The notes: generated from the letters alone by a model not told the origin. DNA of 17,958 nucleotides from an archaeon (GCA_035390665.1 DAOOUC010000001.1:140734-158691); one strand, 5' to 3'. Shown: positions 1 to 9,011, numbered from the stretch's first letter. Made by a program: numbers and translations.

Positions 1-63
1 AAAGAAAAACCAAAATTAGACAAAGCAACAACAAATGTTTTTAAACAGCTCTATCTACAATAA
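1..63 (+). CDS. 3' end of an upstream ORF (C-terminus ...KEKPKLDKATTNVFKQLYLQ*), product unidentifiable
   Basis: Frame 1 is open from the window edge to TAA at 61-63, immediately before cdc6. Too short to assign. Confidence 0.35.
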   Translation, partial: KEKPKLDKATTNVFKQLYLQ

Positions 64-83
64 TAATAAAGTAAGTTGATAAA

Positions 84-1175
84 ATGTATAAACAAAATAT
101 TTTTGAAAATAGAGTTGCAAAAGCAGAAAGTATCTTTAAAGATGAGCAGGTATTTTATCCAAATTATTTTCCAGAAAATATAAAAGCAAGAGATAAAGAA
201 ATTCAAGAAATTAGTTATTCTCTAAAACCAATAACAGAAAATAAAAGAGCACGAAATTTAATAATTTTTGGACCACCAGGGACAGGAAAAACGTTAATTT
301 CAAATTTTGTTTTAAAGCAATTGATGGAATATACACAAAAGGTAAAATGTTTATATATTAATGCAATTGAGGATAACACAAGATTTGCATTATATTCTAA
401 AATCCTAATGAGTATGTATTCTGTTCCAATCCCAAGAAGAGGCCTAGGAATAGATGAATTATTAAATAGACTTAAAGAAGAAGTAAAAAAGTCAGAAAAA
501 TTTCCAATATTAATTATTGATGAAGTTGATAAATTATCAAAAGAGGAAATTTCAGAAATACTTTATGATTTATCTAGATTTGAAATTAATCACAAATATA
601 TTACTTTAATATTAATAACAAATCACAAAGAGTTTTTAGTAAATCTAGACTCAAGAGCACAAAGTACATTATTTCTAACCGATCTGGAATTTAAAAAATA
701 TTCCCCAAAAGATCTTAAAGAAATTTTAATAGAAAGAATAGAATATGGATTAATAAAAAACGCAATATCTTTGGATTTAATTGGTTACATAACAGGATAT
801 GCTGCAAAGAATGGAGGAGATGCAAGAATTGCAATTGATCTATTATATAAGTCAGCTAAATATGCAGAAAAGATAGGGGTTTTAGAAATAACAAAAGAAA
901 TAGTTTTAGAATCTGGTAAACTTATTGATTCTGTAAAACTTTTAGAAAAATTAAATTATTTAGATAATAAGCAAAAAGAAATTTTATTGGCAATTCCAGA
1001 AAAAGGAATAGAATCAGGCAAATTATATGAATTATTTGAAGATTCAGATAGAACTATAAGACGTCATTTAGAATTTTTGGAAGACATTGGGCTAGTAAAG
1101 ATAAATCAAATAAACACTCAAAAAGGAAGAAAAAGAAATATAGAAATTACTTTTAATAAAGAATTATTAAAATAG
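84..1175 (+). CDS. cdc6: Orc1/Cdc6-type replication initiator, AAA+ ATPase
   Basis: Walker A GPPGTGKT, Walker B ILIIDEVD, ITLILITNHKEF sensor-1-like segment, C-terminal winged-helix-like region (SGKLYELFEDSDRTIRRHLEFLEDIGLV). Confidence 0.92.
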   Translation: MYKQNIFENRVAKAESIFKDEQVFYPNYFPENIKARDKEIQEISYSLKPITENKRARNLIIFGPPGTGKTLISNFVLKQLMEYTQKVKCLYINAIEDNTRFALYSKILMSMYSVPIPRRGLGIDELLNRLKEEVKKSEKFPILIIDEVDKLSKEEISEILYDLSRFEINHKYITLILITNHKEFLVNLDSRAQSTLFLTDLEFKKYSPKDLKEILIERIEYGLIKNAISLDLIGYITGYAAKNGGDARIAIDLLYKSAKYAEKIGVLEITKEIVLESGKLIDSVKLLEKLNYLDNKQKEILLAIPEKGIESGKLYELFEDSDRTIRRHLEFLEDIGLVKINQINTQKGRKRNIEITFNKELLK

Positions 1176-1228
1176 CATAAATTTAAAAATAATATCCAAT
1201 TAATAATAAATAAGGAGATGAAATAAAA

Positions 1229-1909
1229 ATGGGAAAAGCACCTATAGCAACAAGAAAAATAACTCCTAAAATGTTAGGATCATTAAAAGGAAAAACAGAA
1301 AAAGTTAATTCTAAAACTGCATTAACAAAAGAACAAATTAAAAAATTAGGTGAGCAAGCAAGAAATTCATTTAATTTTAAATTAAACAATTTTGAAAAAT
1401 ATGGTAATCGCAGCAGATACGAAACCTTAAAAGATTATAGCTATGATTTGAAAAAATTATCTGTTCGTTTAAAAGCAGACAAGGCTGCATTTGAAATAGA
1501 AACAGATTATAATCGTAAATCTAAACTATATGAAGATATTAAAACAAGAACAAATGAAATAATCTCCGGGAAAAGATTAATAAGATTAGAATTATTAACA
1601 GGAAAACTAGAGATTTTAACTAATATTTTAGCTGAAGAAAAGATAGTTTCTAGATTGCCTGAAAAGATTTGGGAAAATATAGAGTCTTTGAGAGGCATTT
1701 ATACAAAACAAGCAGAGTTTGATTTTCGTCATGGTAAATCTAGATTAATAAAAATGGAAGAATTAGATTCATTATGTATAGATTCTTTAAAAAAAATAAA
1801 TAGCATAAACAATGCAGAATCTATTGTGCCTAAATTAAGAGAATTAGAGGCGTTTTTATCTAATAAAAGAATAGAATTAAAAAAAGAATATCCAGAAATA
1901 GATTATTAA
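1229..1909 (+). CDS. Uncharacterised, highly charged, mostly helical protein (226 aa)
   Basis: Intact ORF directly downstream of cdc6 with an SD-like AAGGAG at about 1212-1217. No family recognised by eye. Confidence 0.75.
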   Translation: MGKAPIATRKITPKMLGSLKGKTEKVNSKTALTKEQIKKLGEQARNSFNFKLNNFEKYGNRSRYETLKDYSYDLKKLSVRLKADKAAFEIETDYNRKSKLYEDIKTRTNEIISGKRLIRLELLTGKLEILTNILAEEKIVSRLPEKIWENIESLRGIYTKQAEFDFRHGKSRLIKMEELDSLCIDSLKKINSINNAESIVPKLRELEAFLSNKRIELKKEYPEIDY

Positions 1910-1914
1910 TGAAG

Positions 1915-2664
1915 TTATTCATTATCTACTCTTGGAGCTAAGTAGTATCTAATTGCTGCAGTTCCAATTGTATAGTTTAATTCTATTGGCATATCGTCTT
2001 TTAGTTTTAAAGTTATTGTGCTTTTAGCATTCTTTATCATGTTTTGTAAATAATCTAATGGAAACATTGCTTTTGCCTTAGTTCCAGAAATAACAATATC
2101 TCCTGCTTCAACTTCTTGTTTAAATTTTCCTTTGCTACTTTGTGTTTCTAATATAAATTTTTCATCATTTACTCTTAAAACTAAATGAGAACTAAAAAGT
2201 GCTGCATCTTTGATTCCTGAGATTAATTGTTCTGGACCAACTTGCACAGTTACTTCAAATGGAATTTGTGGTAAAGGGTGTTGTTGATCTGAAACATCAA
2301 TTAATGGTATAGTAAATGATCTTTTGGATTTACCAATAAATTCAATTTGAATGCTTGGTTTCCCTTCTTTAATCTCTATTGAAAGCTTATCGTCAGCATT
2401 TGAGTGGGATAAGATTTGTAAAAGATTACTAATGTTTATACCAAATGATAATTTGCTTGCGCTTTCTTGGCCAATGTCAACAATAAATTCTTCAAATGCA
2501 TCTTTTGGCATAACAAAATCTACAAGACTTATTTGGCTTGGGTCTGTTGCTCTAAGAAAGAATTTTTCCTTATCAACAGTAAATAATCCTTCATTAATCA
2601 ATACCCCAATAGCATCAATACATTTATAGAATTCCTTTGCATCTTTTATTACAAGTTTTATCAT
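1915..2664 (-). CDS. pcn: DNA polymerase sliding clamp PCNA
   Basis: 249 aa, N-terminal IKDAKEFYKCIDAIGVLINEGLFTVDKEKFFLRATDPSQISLVDF and C-terminal TIGTAAIRYYLAPRVDNE match archaeal PCNA. GGTGA SD upstream on the minus strand. Confidence 0.95.
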   Translation of the reverse strand: MIKLVIKDAKEFYKCIDAIGVLINEGLFTVDKEKFFLRATDPSQISLVDFVMPKDAFEEFIVDIGQESASKLSFGINISNLLQILSHSNADDKLSIEIKEGKPSIQIEFIGKSKRSFTIPLIDVSDQQHPLPQIPFEVTVQVGPEQLISGIKDAALFSSHLVLRVNDEKFILETQSSKGKFKQEVEAGDIVISGTKAKAMFPLDYLQNMIKNAKSTITLKLKDDMPIELNYTIGTAAIRYYLAPRVDNE

Positions 2665-2687
2665 TTTTTCACCAATTTTATTATATA

Positions 2688-3428
2688 TTATTGAAACAAA
2701 ACTAATTTAATATAACCGATATATGGAATTTTACCTATCTTTTTCCTTTGTATGTCTTCTATCCTTATAGGATATAGATTTAAACAGTTTTTTTGGGCAA
2801 TTATTTCGCCACCTTCTCTAATAATATCACAATCTTGATCTATATAAAGGTTTGTTTTGTGATTGTCTCCTTTTGTAATAATATAGGTTCCATCTTTTGC
2901 ATTTATTTTAAGTATTGCTCTGTGTATTATGTCTTTTCCATTAATATTTGATTTATAAACTACGACAGAGTTCTTATTTGTTATTGCGTCTTTTAAATAA
3001 AAGGTTTTTCTATTAATGGTTATGCTTTCTATTTCTTCTAAACCATATTCATTAATTGAATAGTTTAAATCCATAAATTCTTTAAGGTCTTTATATCTTA
3101 TGTTTTTATCTAAAGTTATTTCTGGAACCTTAAGGTTGTTTGGTTTAGTAAAAATAATCACATCTCCAATATGAAGATTAGGAACCATAGAGGAGCTTAC
3201 TACAATTGACATTGGTTCTGCTACTCCAAAGATTAACCCAAATATTTTATATAATAAGATAGCACATATAAATGCAGTTAAAATATAGCAACCCCAATAA
3301 ACAATATTTTTCCAAATACCTTCTTGTTTACCTATTGTTTTTTCTAAAAGTAAATCTACATAAGTAAATGGATCAAACCATTTGAGGAAATCAAATTTAT
3401 TTTTATGAACTTTATTTTTGTTTTTCAT
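2688..3428 (-). CDS. Signal peptidase I, archaeal/ER type
   Basis: VVSSSMVPNLHIGDVIIF (catalytic Ser box), IIHRAILKI (His instead of bacterial Lys), YIITKGDNHKTNLYID and IPYIGYIKL boxes, N-terminal TM segment. Confidence 0.9.
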   Translation of the reverse strand: MKNKNKVHKNKFDFLKWFDPFTYVDLLLEKTIGKQEGIWKNIVYWGCYILTAFICAILLYKIFGLIFGVAEPMSIVVSSSMVPNLHIGDVIIFTKPNNLKVPEITLDKNIRYKDLKEFMDLNYSINEYGLEEIESITINRKTFYLKDAITNKNSVVVYKSNINGKDIIHRAILKINAKDGTYIITKGDNHKTNLYIDQDCDIIREGGEIIAQKNCLNLYPIRIEDIQRKKIGKIPYIGYIKLVLFQ

Positions 3429-3706
3429 TTTTTAGTTACTGCTTTTTCTAAATTTTTAATAAGTCCATTAAATTCTTCTTCTGCTTCGTTAATACAATCA
3501 AGTAATACATCTTTTGCAGGTTTATCTCTTGTTCTTAAATAGATTGTAAATTCATTAACCAGGTTGTCTGCATTTTTCTTTGAAACAAATTCTACGTCTT
3601 TTTTTGTAGATGCAATATTAATAATCATATCAAAAAAAGAAGAGTCTTCATCTTTTACAATAAATTCTATTTCATTTTTGTTTTTATTTATAAATTCAAT
3701 ATCCAT
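3425..3706 (-). CDS. rpoL: DNA-directed RNA polymerase subunit L (Rpb11-like)
   Basis: 93 aa, NKNEIEFIVKDEDSSFFDMIINIA...VEFVSKKNADNLVNEFTIYLRTRDKPAKDVLLDCINEA fits RpoL. Follows csl4 as commonly seen in archaea. Confidence 0.8.
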   Translation of the reverse strand: MDIEFINKNKNEIEFIVKDEDSSFFDMIINIASTKKDVEFVSKKNADNLVNEFTIYLRTRDKPAKDVLLDCINEAEEEFNGLIKNLEKAVTKK

Positions 3707-3714
3707 ATTATCAC

Positions 3715-4152
3715 CTATTCTTTTGCGAATTTTTTAGAAACCGTATTTCCACAGTTTTTACAATTTGTGCTATTATTATCTAATGTTTCTTTGCATTTTT
3801 TACAAATACTTTTTATAACTCCAAGTTCTGGACTATTTGTTGCCATTTTGTATTCATAAGGGCCAACTTCTATAATTTTTGCTTTAATTATGTCTCCTTT
3901 TGAAAAACAAGATTCAGGTTTATCAACAAATTTAGTGTCTATATTTTTAACAAATATTACACCCATATCTGCAGGAGATAAAACCTTGTCATAGGCATGT
4001 TGTATTTCCATAACAACCATATTGTCTTTAACTACAACAATTTCGCCGATTACTAAATCTCCAACACCAAGTTTTTGTTTTTTCTTTATATTACCTAAAA
4101 TGGTATTAAATACTATTTCTTCATTCACAAATATCACATAATTAGAATTCAA
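3715..4152 (-). CDS. csl4: Exosome RNA-binding subunit Csl4
   Basis: S1-like region (GDLVIGEIVVVKDNMVVMEI...GDIIKAKIIEVG...YKMATNSPELGVIKSICKKC) and C-terminal zinc ribbon CKKC...CKNCG. TTG start 28 nt from a TATA-like element. Confidence 0.85.
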   Translation of the reverse strand: MNSNYVIFVNEEIVFNTILGNIKKKQKLGVGDLVIGEIVVVKDNMVVMEIQHAYDKVLSPADMGVIFVKNIDTKFVDKPESCFSKGDIIKAKIIEVGPYEYKMATNSPELGVIKSICKKCKETLDNNSTNCKNCGNTVSKKFAKE

Positions 4153-4175
4153 TAATATATTTATATTAAAAAAGA

Positions 4176-4183
4176 TTTATATA
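4176..4183. promoter_or_regulatory. Putative shared TATA box (TTTATATA on + / TATATAAA on -) for divergent spoIIM-like and csl4 genes
   Basis: Centre is about 26 bp from ATG 4206 (+) and about 28 bp from TTG 4152 (-). A-rich BRE-like flank on the + side. Confidence 0.5.
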
Positions 4184-4205
4184 TTGTTGGTTTAATTAGT
4201 TTTAT

Positions 4206-5066
4206 ATGGTAATGGAATTTATATTTAATCCAGCAAAGATTTCTAAAAATCCAAGTATAATATTTTTTGAAGCCCTATTTTTATCAATAATCTCTGTATT
4301 TTTTTCTGTTTTTATTTTTCCAAAAGAGTATGCAAGTATTGGTGTTTTATTATTTATAACCGTGGGGGCAATTCCTGTTTTTGCTAAGCTTTTTTCATAT
4401 AGTTCTTATCTTTTTAATTATTCTGAGAGTTTCTTTACAAGACACAAGATTTTATTTTTAGAAATTACTTATTTTTTCTTAGGTATATTTGTTGCATTTG
4501 TATTATTGTTCTTTATTCTAGGGCCAACAACAAAAGAAACAGTTTTTTCAACTCAATTAGGAGAAATTGAGGGTGTGACTAATCTTAGACAATCAATTAC
4601 AGGACAAGCAATAGAAACAAAAATTAATTCAGAAAATAATTTCACAAAAGTTTTCAAGATCGTTTTATTTAATAATTTTAATGTAATTATAAGAGCAGCA
4701 CTACTTTCATTTTTTTATGGAGCAGGGGCTTTATTTTTGATTGCTTGGAATGCATCTATTCTTGCAACAGTCATTTCTAGTGAAATATTTACAAGTATGG
4801 GTTCAATTACAGGGATATTTGGTATTTTTCAAGGTATAATACAGTCTTTTATTAATTTTTTAGGGTATATCCCTCATGGTTTTCCAGAAATGCTTTCATA
4901 TTTTATAATAAGTTTTGCGGGTGCAATGCTTGCAAGAGACCTTATGAAAGGTCTATTTACAACAGAATTTAGATGGAAAGTGCTTGTAGATATTCTATTT
5001 ATGGTTTCGTTATCAGTATTTTTATTAGTTCTTGGCGCCATAATAGAAGCAAGTTATTTCTTGTAG
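4206..5066 (+). CDS. SpoIIM/DUF95-like multipass membrane protein
   Basis: Multiple hydrophobic helices, FKIVLFNNFNVIIRAALLSFFYGAGALFLIAWNASILATVI and YIPHGFPEMLSYFIISFAGAMLARDL motifs typical of the family. Confidence 0.8.
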   Translation: MVMEFIFNPAKISKNPSIIFFEALFLSIISVFFSVFIFPKEYASIGVLLFITVGAIPVFAKLFSYSSYLFNYSESFFTRHKILFLEITYFFLGIFVAFVLLFFILGPTTKETVFSTQLGEIEGVTNLRQSITGQAIETKINSENNFTKVFKIVLFNNFNVIIRAALLSFFYGAGALFLIAWNASILATVISSEIFTSMGSITGIFGIFQGIIQSFINFLGYIPHGFPEMLSYFIISFAGAMLARDLMKGLFTTEFRWKVLVDILFMVSLSVFLLVLGAIIEASYFL

Positions 5067-5067
5067 T

Positions 5068-5075
5068 TTTATATA
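5068..5075 (+). promoter_or_regulatory. Putative TATA box (TTTATATA) for priL
   Basis: Centre about 29 bp upstream of ATG 5101, consistent with a leaderless or near-leaderless transcript. Confidence 0.5.
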
Positions 5076-5100
5076 TTTTTTCTAATATAATAAATATATT

Positions 5101-6093
5101 ATGCACAATTATGATTATTTATTAAAATATCCTTTTTCTAAAGAGGCAAAAGAATATATAGAGTCAAAAAATATAAATTTATTAGAAATCTCTCCAGTTA
5201 TTTTAGAGAAAATTGAAATGCAATTCAATAAATTGTTTGATATAGAAAATCAAAATAAATATTTTAATATTGACGAATTAAAAATAAAAGACAAAAAAAT
5301 AAATATTGATGAAGAATTATTAGTTTTCCCTTTGTCTAAGATAATCTTAAATACAGTAGATAACATTCCTTTGTTTCAAGCTTTTGCAAACTATCAACAG
5401 AAAAGGTTTTTGTATTTTATAAATAAAGACTATCAAATAAAGGATTATGATTCAATAGAAAAGATTCTAAAAGACATTTGCCCAAATCTTTTTCAAAATC
5501 AAAAAGGCTTTTTTATTTCTTTAGTTGATCTGCTATCATTAGATTTAGGAGAAGAGTATAAATTACAATATGCAAACTTAGAAAATGGAAATATATATTT
5601 TCCAAATAAAGAGGCGTTGATTGATTTCTTAGCAATTGTTTTAAAAAAAAGAATATTAAGAACAACAGAGATTAATAAGAAAGAACTTCCAAAATCTGTT
5701 GTTGAATTATCAAATAAGATTAAAGAAAAATATGCTTTGGTTCAAAGACAAAGAGAAGATTTTAATATAAATAAACCAAATATTGGAGAATTCCCTCCTT
5801 GTTTTGATAAACTTTATAATGATCTGTTATCTGGTCAGAAATTATCTCACATTGCTAATTATCATTTAGCTGTTTTTCTTTGTGGTGTTGGATATACTTA
5901 TGAAGAAGTTTTAGAGGCCTATAGGCACCTTCCTAATTTTGATGAAAAAATTGCAGGATATCAGATAAAAAAAATTTTAGAAAAAAAATATTCTGTTGCA
6001 AATTGTGAAACATTAAAATCAAATGGGTTGTGTGTTAAAGATTGTAAGGTTAAACACCCTCTACAACTATTAAGAAAAAAAGATGAAAAGTAA
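5101..6093 (+). CDS. priL: DNA primase large subunit PriL
   Basis: C-terminal FeS-type cysteine pattern: FPPCFDKLYNDL...HLAVFLCGVGYTYEEV...NCETLKSNGLCVKDCKVKHPLQLL. Confidence 0.92.
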   Translation: MHNYDYLLKYPFSKEAKEYIESKNINLLEISPVILEKIEMQFNKLFDIENQNKYFNIDELKIKDKKINIDEELLVFPLSKIILNTVDNIPLFQAFANYQQKRFLYFINKDYQIKDYDSIEKILKDICPNLFQNQKGFFISLVDLLSLDLGEEYKLQYANLENGNIYFPNKEALIDFLAIVLKKRILRTTEINKKELPKSVVELSNKIKEKYALVQRQREDFNINKPNIGEFPPCFDKLYNDLLSGQKLSHIANYHLAVFLCGVGYTYEEVLEAYRHLPNFDEKIAGYQIKKILEKKYSVANCETLKSNGLCVKDCKVKHPLQLLRKKDEK

Positions 6094-6138
6094 ATCTTTT
6101 AAATCAAAGCCTAGATAATTAAATAGACGTGATTATGT

Positions 6139-7680
6139 ATGTTAAATGTTTTTAAAAAAAAGAAGAACAATAATAAGATTTTGTTCTTAATTTTAGATGG
6201 TGTAGGAATAAACAAAGATTATCCTGGTAACGCCGTTACTCAGGCAAATACGCCTTGTTTTAATAAATTATTAAAAGAATATCCAAATATTACTCTTGGA
6301 GCAAGCGAAGAATTTGTTGGGCTTCCTAAAGGACAAATGGGGTCTTCAGAAGTTGGACATTTTACTTTTGGTGCCGGGAAAGTAGTTGATTCAGAAATTG
6401 TAAGAATTGATAAAGCAATAAACAATGGCGAATTTTACAGAAATCAAATATTAAATGACGAATTATCTAAAATAAAAGGATTTCAAGCACTACATATTGC
6501 TGGATTATTAAGTGATGGGGGAATTCATTCTTCTATAAATCATTTATTTACCTTATTGGAAGTAGTTTCAAGATACAATAATATTTCTCAAGTATATTTG
6601 CATATCTTTACGGATGGAAGAGACACTTCTCCAAATTCATCAAAAGAATATATTTCTAAATTGCAAGAAAGAATAAAATTAACTCCAAAAGTGCAGATTG
6701 CTAGTATTTGTGGAAGATATTATGGAATGGACAGAGATAATCGTTGGGATAGACAAAAGAAATTATATAATTTGATTGTAAATGGAATAGGAGAAAGAGA
6801 AAACGATATTGTTAAATATATAGACAACAGTTATTCTCAAGGAGTAACAGATGAATTTTTAATTCCAACTTTATTTAATGAAAATGGATTAATTAAAGAT
6901 AAAGACACAATGATTTTTTTTAATTTTAGAAGCGACAGAGCAAGAGAGTTTACAAGAATGTTTGTAGATAAATCTTTTGATAGTTTCTTAACAAAAAAGA
7001 TGAGCGTGAACTTTATTACATTTACAGAATATGATTCTAAATTTAAAAATATAAAAGTATTATTTCCGCCTTTAAAACAACAACCAGGTCTTGGTCAGAT
7101 TATTTCAAAATTAGGATATAATCAATTAAGAATAGCAGAAACTGAAAAATATGCACATGTTACTTATTTTTTTAATTTAGGTGATGAGCACCCAAATAAA
7201 AGAGAAGATAGAATTTTAGTGCCATCTCCCGGTGTTTCAACATATGATTTAAAACCAGAAATGTCTGCAAAGATTATTACTTCAAGACTTTTAGAAACAT
7301 TAAACAAAGATTATAAATTAACAGTTGTAAATTTTGCAAATGGAGACATGGTAGGACACACAGGAAATATTTCTGCTGCAATAAAAGCAATGGAAACTGT
7401 AGATCAGTGTCTTGAAATTATTTTTAAAAAAGTTGATCTTGATAACACAACAGTCATTGTCACTGCAGATCACGGTAATTGTGATGAAATGCTTCTACCT
7501 GATGGAAAAACAAGCACTTCTCACAGTTTAAACAAAGTTCCATTTATTGTTGTTTCAAAAAAAGAACATAAATTAAGAACGGATAAAGAGCTTTCAATTG
7601 CTAATGTTGCTCCAACAATATTAAAATTACTTGATGAAAAAGTTCCAGAATATATGGCAGAAGATCTTTTAGATTATTGA
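6139..7680 (+). CDS. gpmI: 2,3-bisphosphoglycerate-independent phosphoglycerate mutase, bacterial GpmI type
   Basis: LILDGVGI, MGSSEVGHFTFGAGKVVDSEIVRIDKAI, FTDGRDTSP, CGRYYGMDRDNRWDR, FANGDMVGHTG, VTADHGNCDEM; 513 aa. GTGAT SD at 6129-6133. Confidence 0.95.
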   Translation: MLNVFKKKKNNNKILFLILDGVGINKDYPGNAVTQANTPCFNKLLKEYPNITLGASEEFVGLPKGQMGSSEVGHFTFGAGKVVDSEIVRIDKAINNGEFYRNQILNDELSKIKGFQALHIAGLLSDGGIHSSINHLFTLLEVVSRYNNISQVYLHIFTDGRDTSPNSSKEYISKLQERIKLTPKVQIASICGRYYGMDRDNRWDRQKKLYNLIVNGIGERENDIVKYIDNSYSQGVTDEFLIPTLFNENGLIKDKDTMIFFNFRSDRAREFTRMFVDKSFDSFLTKKMSVNFITFTEYDSKFKNIKVLFPPLKQQPGLGQIISKLGYNQLRIAETEKYAHVTYFFNLGDEHPNKREDRILVPSPGVSTYDLKPEMSAKIITSRLLETLNKDYKLTVVNFANGDMVGHTGNISAAIKAMETVDQCLEIIFKKVDLDNTTVIVTADHGNCDEMLLPDGKTSTSHSLNKVPFIVVSKKEHKLRTDKELSIANVAPTILKLLDEKVPEYMAEDLLDY

Positions 7681-7688
7681 AGATTAAT

Positions 7689-8717
7689 ATGAATATAATA
7701 TCTTTAGATAAAAATGGAAAACTTGTTTTTGTTCCGCAGAATCTAGAAGATTTATGGATTATTAAATCAATTACTGATGTTAAAGATAAAATCTCTGGGC
7801 AATCTTATAGAAGAACAAGAGGAAATGAAAATGATGACGAATCTGCAAGAAAGCCTGTTTTTGTTTCAATAGAAATAGAAAAGTTTGATTTTTCTAAAGA
7901 TATGACTTCGTTAAGATTTACAGGTAAAATTATTGAAAGTAAACCAACTGAACTTGCACCCATTGGAGAACATCACACTTTAGAAATACAATTTAATAAG
8001 TCCTATACATTAATTAAAGAGCATTTTTTTGAGCATCAATTAGAATTACTTAATTCCAATTCTTCTTTAGAGCAATCTGTTATTTTGATTACTTTAGATG
8101 ATGAAAAGGCAAGCATTTTCCAATTGACAAATACAGGTACAACAGACATAACAAAAATAAACTCAGGCAAACACGGAAAAAGATATTCTTCTGATTTTGA
8201 TTATTCTGATTATTTTAAAGAGATTTTAGATGTAGTTTCTAGATATGACACTCAAATAATTATTGCGGGGCCAGGAAATACCAAATCTAAATTTTCTGCA
8301 TTCTTAAAATCAAAGCTAAATAATTTAAAGATTCTTGAAATAAATATATCTAATACAGAAAAAGCATCTATTAGGGAACTTTTCAAAAAACAAGAAGTTT
8401 CTAGATTTTTTACAAATTCAATAGTGTATAAAGAACAAAAAATATTTGATGATTTCTTAGAAAACCTAGGAAAAGATAATAAAAAAGCAATCTATGGTTT
8501 AAAGGAAATTGAAAATGCTGTTGATTTTGGAGCAATAGAAACAATACTTGTTTCAGAAGAATTGTGGAAGAAAGATTTAGATAAGATTTCAGAACTAATT
8601 AAAAAAGCAGAAAAACAAAAAATGAAAGTGCACATTGTAGATAATTCACACGAGACACACAAAGCACTTAAATCATTTGGTGGAATTATTGCAAATCTTA
8701 GATTTGCTTATAATTAA
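7689..8717 (+). CDS. pelA: mRNA surveillance/ribosome rescue protein Pelota
   Basis: DLWIIKSITDVKDKISGQSYRRTRG, HHTLEIQFNKSYTLIKEHFFEHQLELL, IIIAGPGNTKSKF, AIETILVSEELW. The track starts at TTG 7677 inside gpmI; ATG 7689 is the likelier start. Confidence 0.9.
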   Translation: MNIISLDKNGKLVFVPQNLEDLWIIKSITDVKDKISGQSYRRTRGNENDDESARKPVFVSIEIEKFDFSKDMTSLRFTGKIIESKPTELAPIGEHHTLEIQFNKSYTLIKEHFFEHQLELLNSNSSLEQSVILITLDDEKASIFQLTNTGTTDITKINSGKHGKRYSSDFDYSDYFKEILDVVSRYDTQIIIAGPGNTKSKFSAFLKSKLNNLKILEINISNTEKASIRELFKKQEVSRFFTNSIVYKEQKIFDDFLENLGKDNKKAIYGLKEIENAVDFGAIETILVSEELWKKDLDKISELIKKAEKQKMKVHIVDNSHETHKALKSFGGIIANLRFAYN

Positions 8718-8738
8718 AAAAAAGAAAATAACACAAAT

Positions 8739-9011
8739 TTAGTGTGTTATTGTTTTATTTATTGGTTTTTTAGTTGGTATTGCAGTATTTGGATCAACTT
8801 TGATCTTTAATGCATCTTGTTCTTTCTTTTCTGCTTTCATAAATCTAGTAATATAAGCAGACATTAAGTTTACTGTTAATTTAGATAATGGTAGATTCAT
8901 TGATTTTATGAAATCTTTGTTTTTTACATAGTCTGTTCCAAAATCTGATTTAAATTCATTTAATATTATTCTTGCTTTTGCTTTTATCTTATTTGACATT
9001 GCTTTACCCAT
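8739..9011 (-). CDS. Ribosomal protein eS17-like, with C-terminal extension
   Basis: MGKAMSNKIKAKARIILNEF...FGTDYVKNKDFI...LPLSKLTVNLMSAYITRFMKAEKKEQ resembles the archaeal S17e layout (IK..A..ii, DF..NK, sK...N..agYiTR.mK). Confidence 0.7.
   Translation of the reverse strand: MGKAMSNKIKAKARIILNEFKSDFGTDYVKNKDFIKSMNLPLSKLTVNLMSAYITRFMKAEKKEQDALKIKVDPNTAIPTKKPINKTITH

Noticed and set aside
1183-1389. Minus-strand 68-aa hydrophobic ORF overlapping the cdc6-downstream gene
   Set aside because: Antisense to a better supported + strand ORF with SD; low complexity and no motif.
1507-1698. Minus-strand 63-aa ORF
   Set aside because: Fully antisense within the 1229-1909 ORF, no support.
2351-2629. 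Plus-strand 92-aa ORF inside PCNA
   Set aside because: Antisense shadow of the PCNA coding sequence.
6149-6166. Poly-A run (TTTTTAAAAAAAAGAAG) near the gpmI start as a possible programmed frameshift site
   Set aside because: The reading frame is continuous and encodes a plausible KKKKNNN N-terminus; no downstream frame change is needed.
6240-6425. Minus-strand 61-aa ORF inside gpmI
   Set aside because: Covered by highly conserved gpmI coding sequence.
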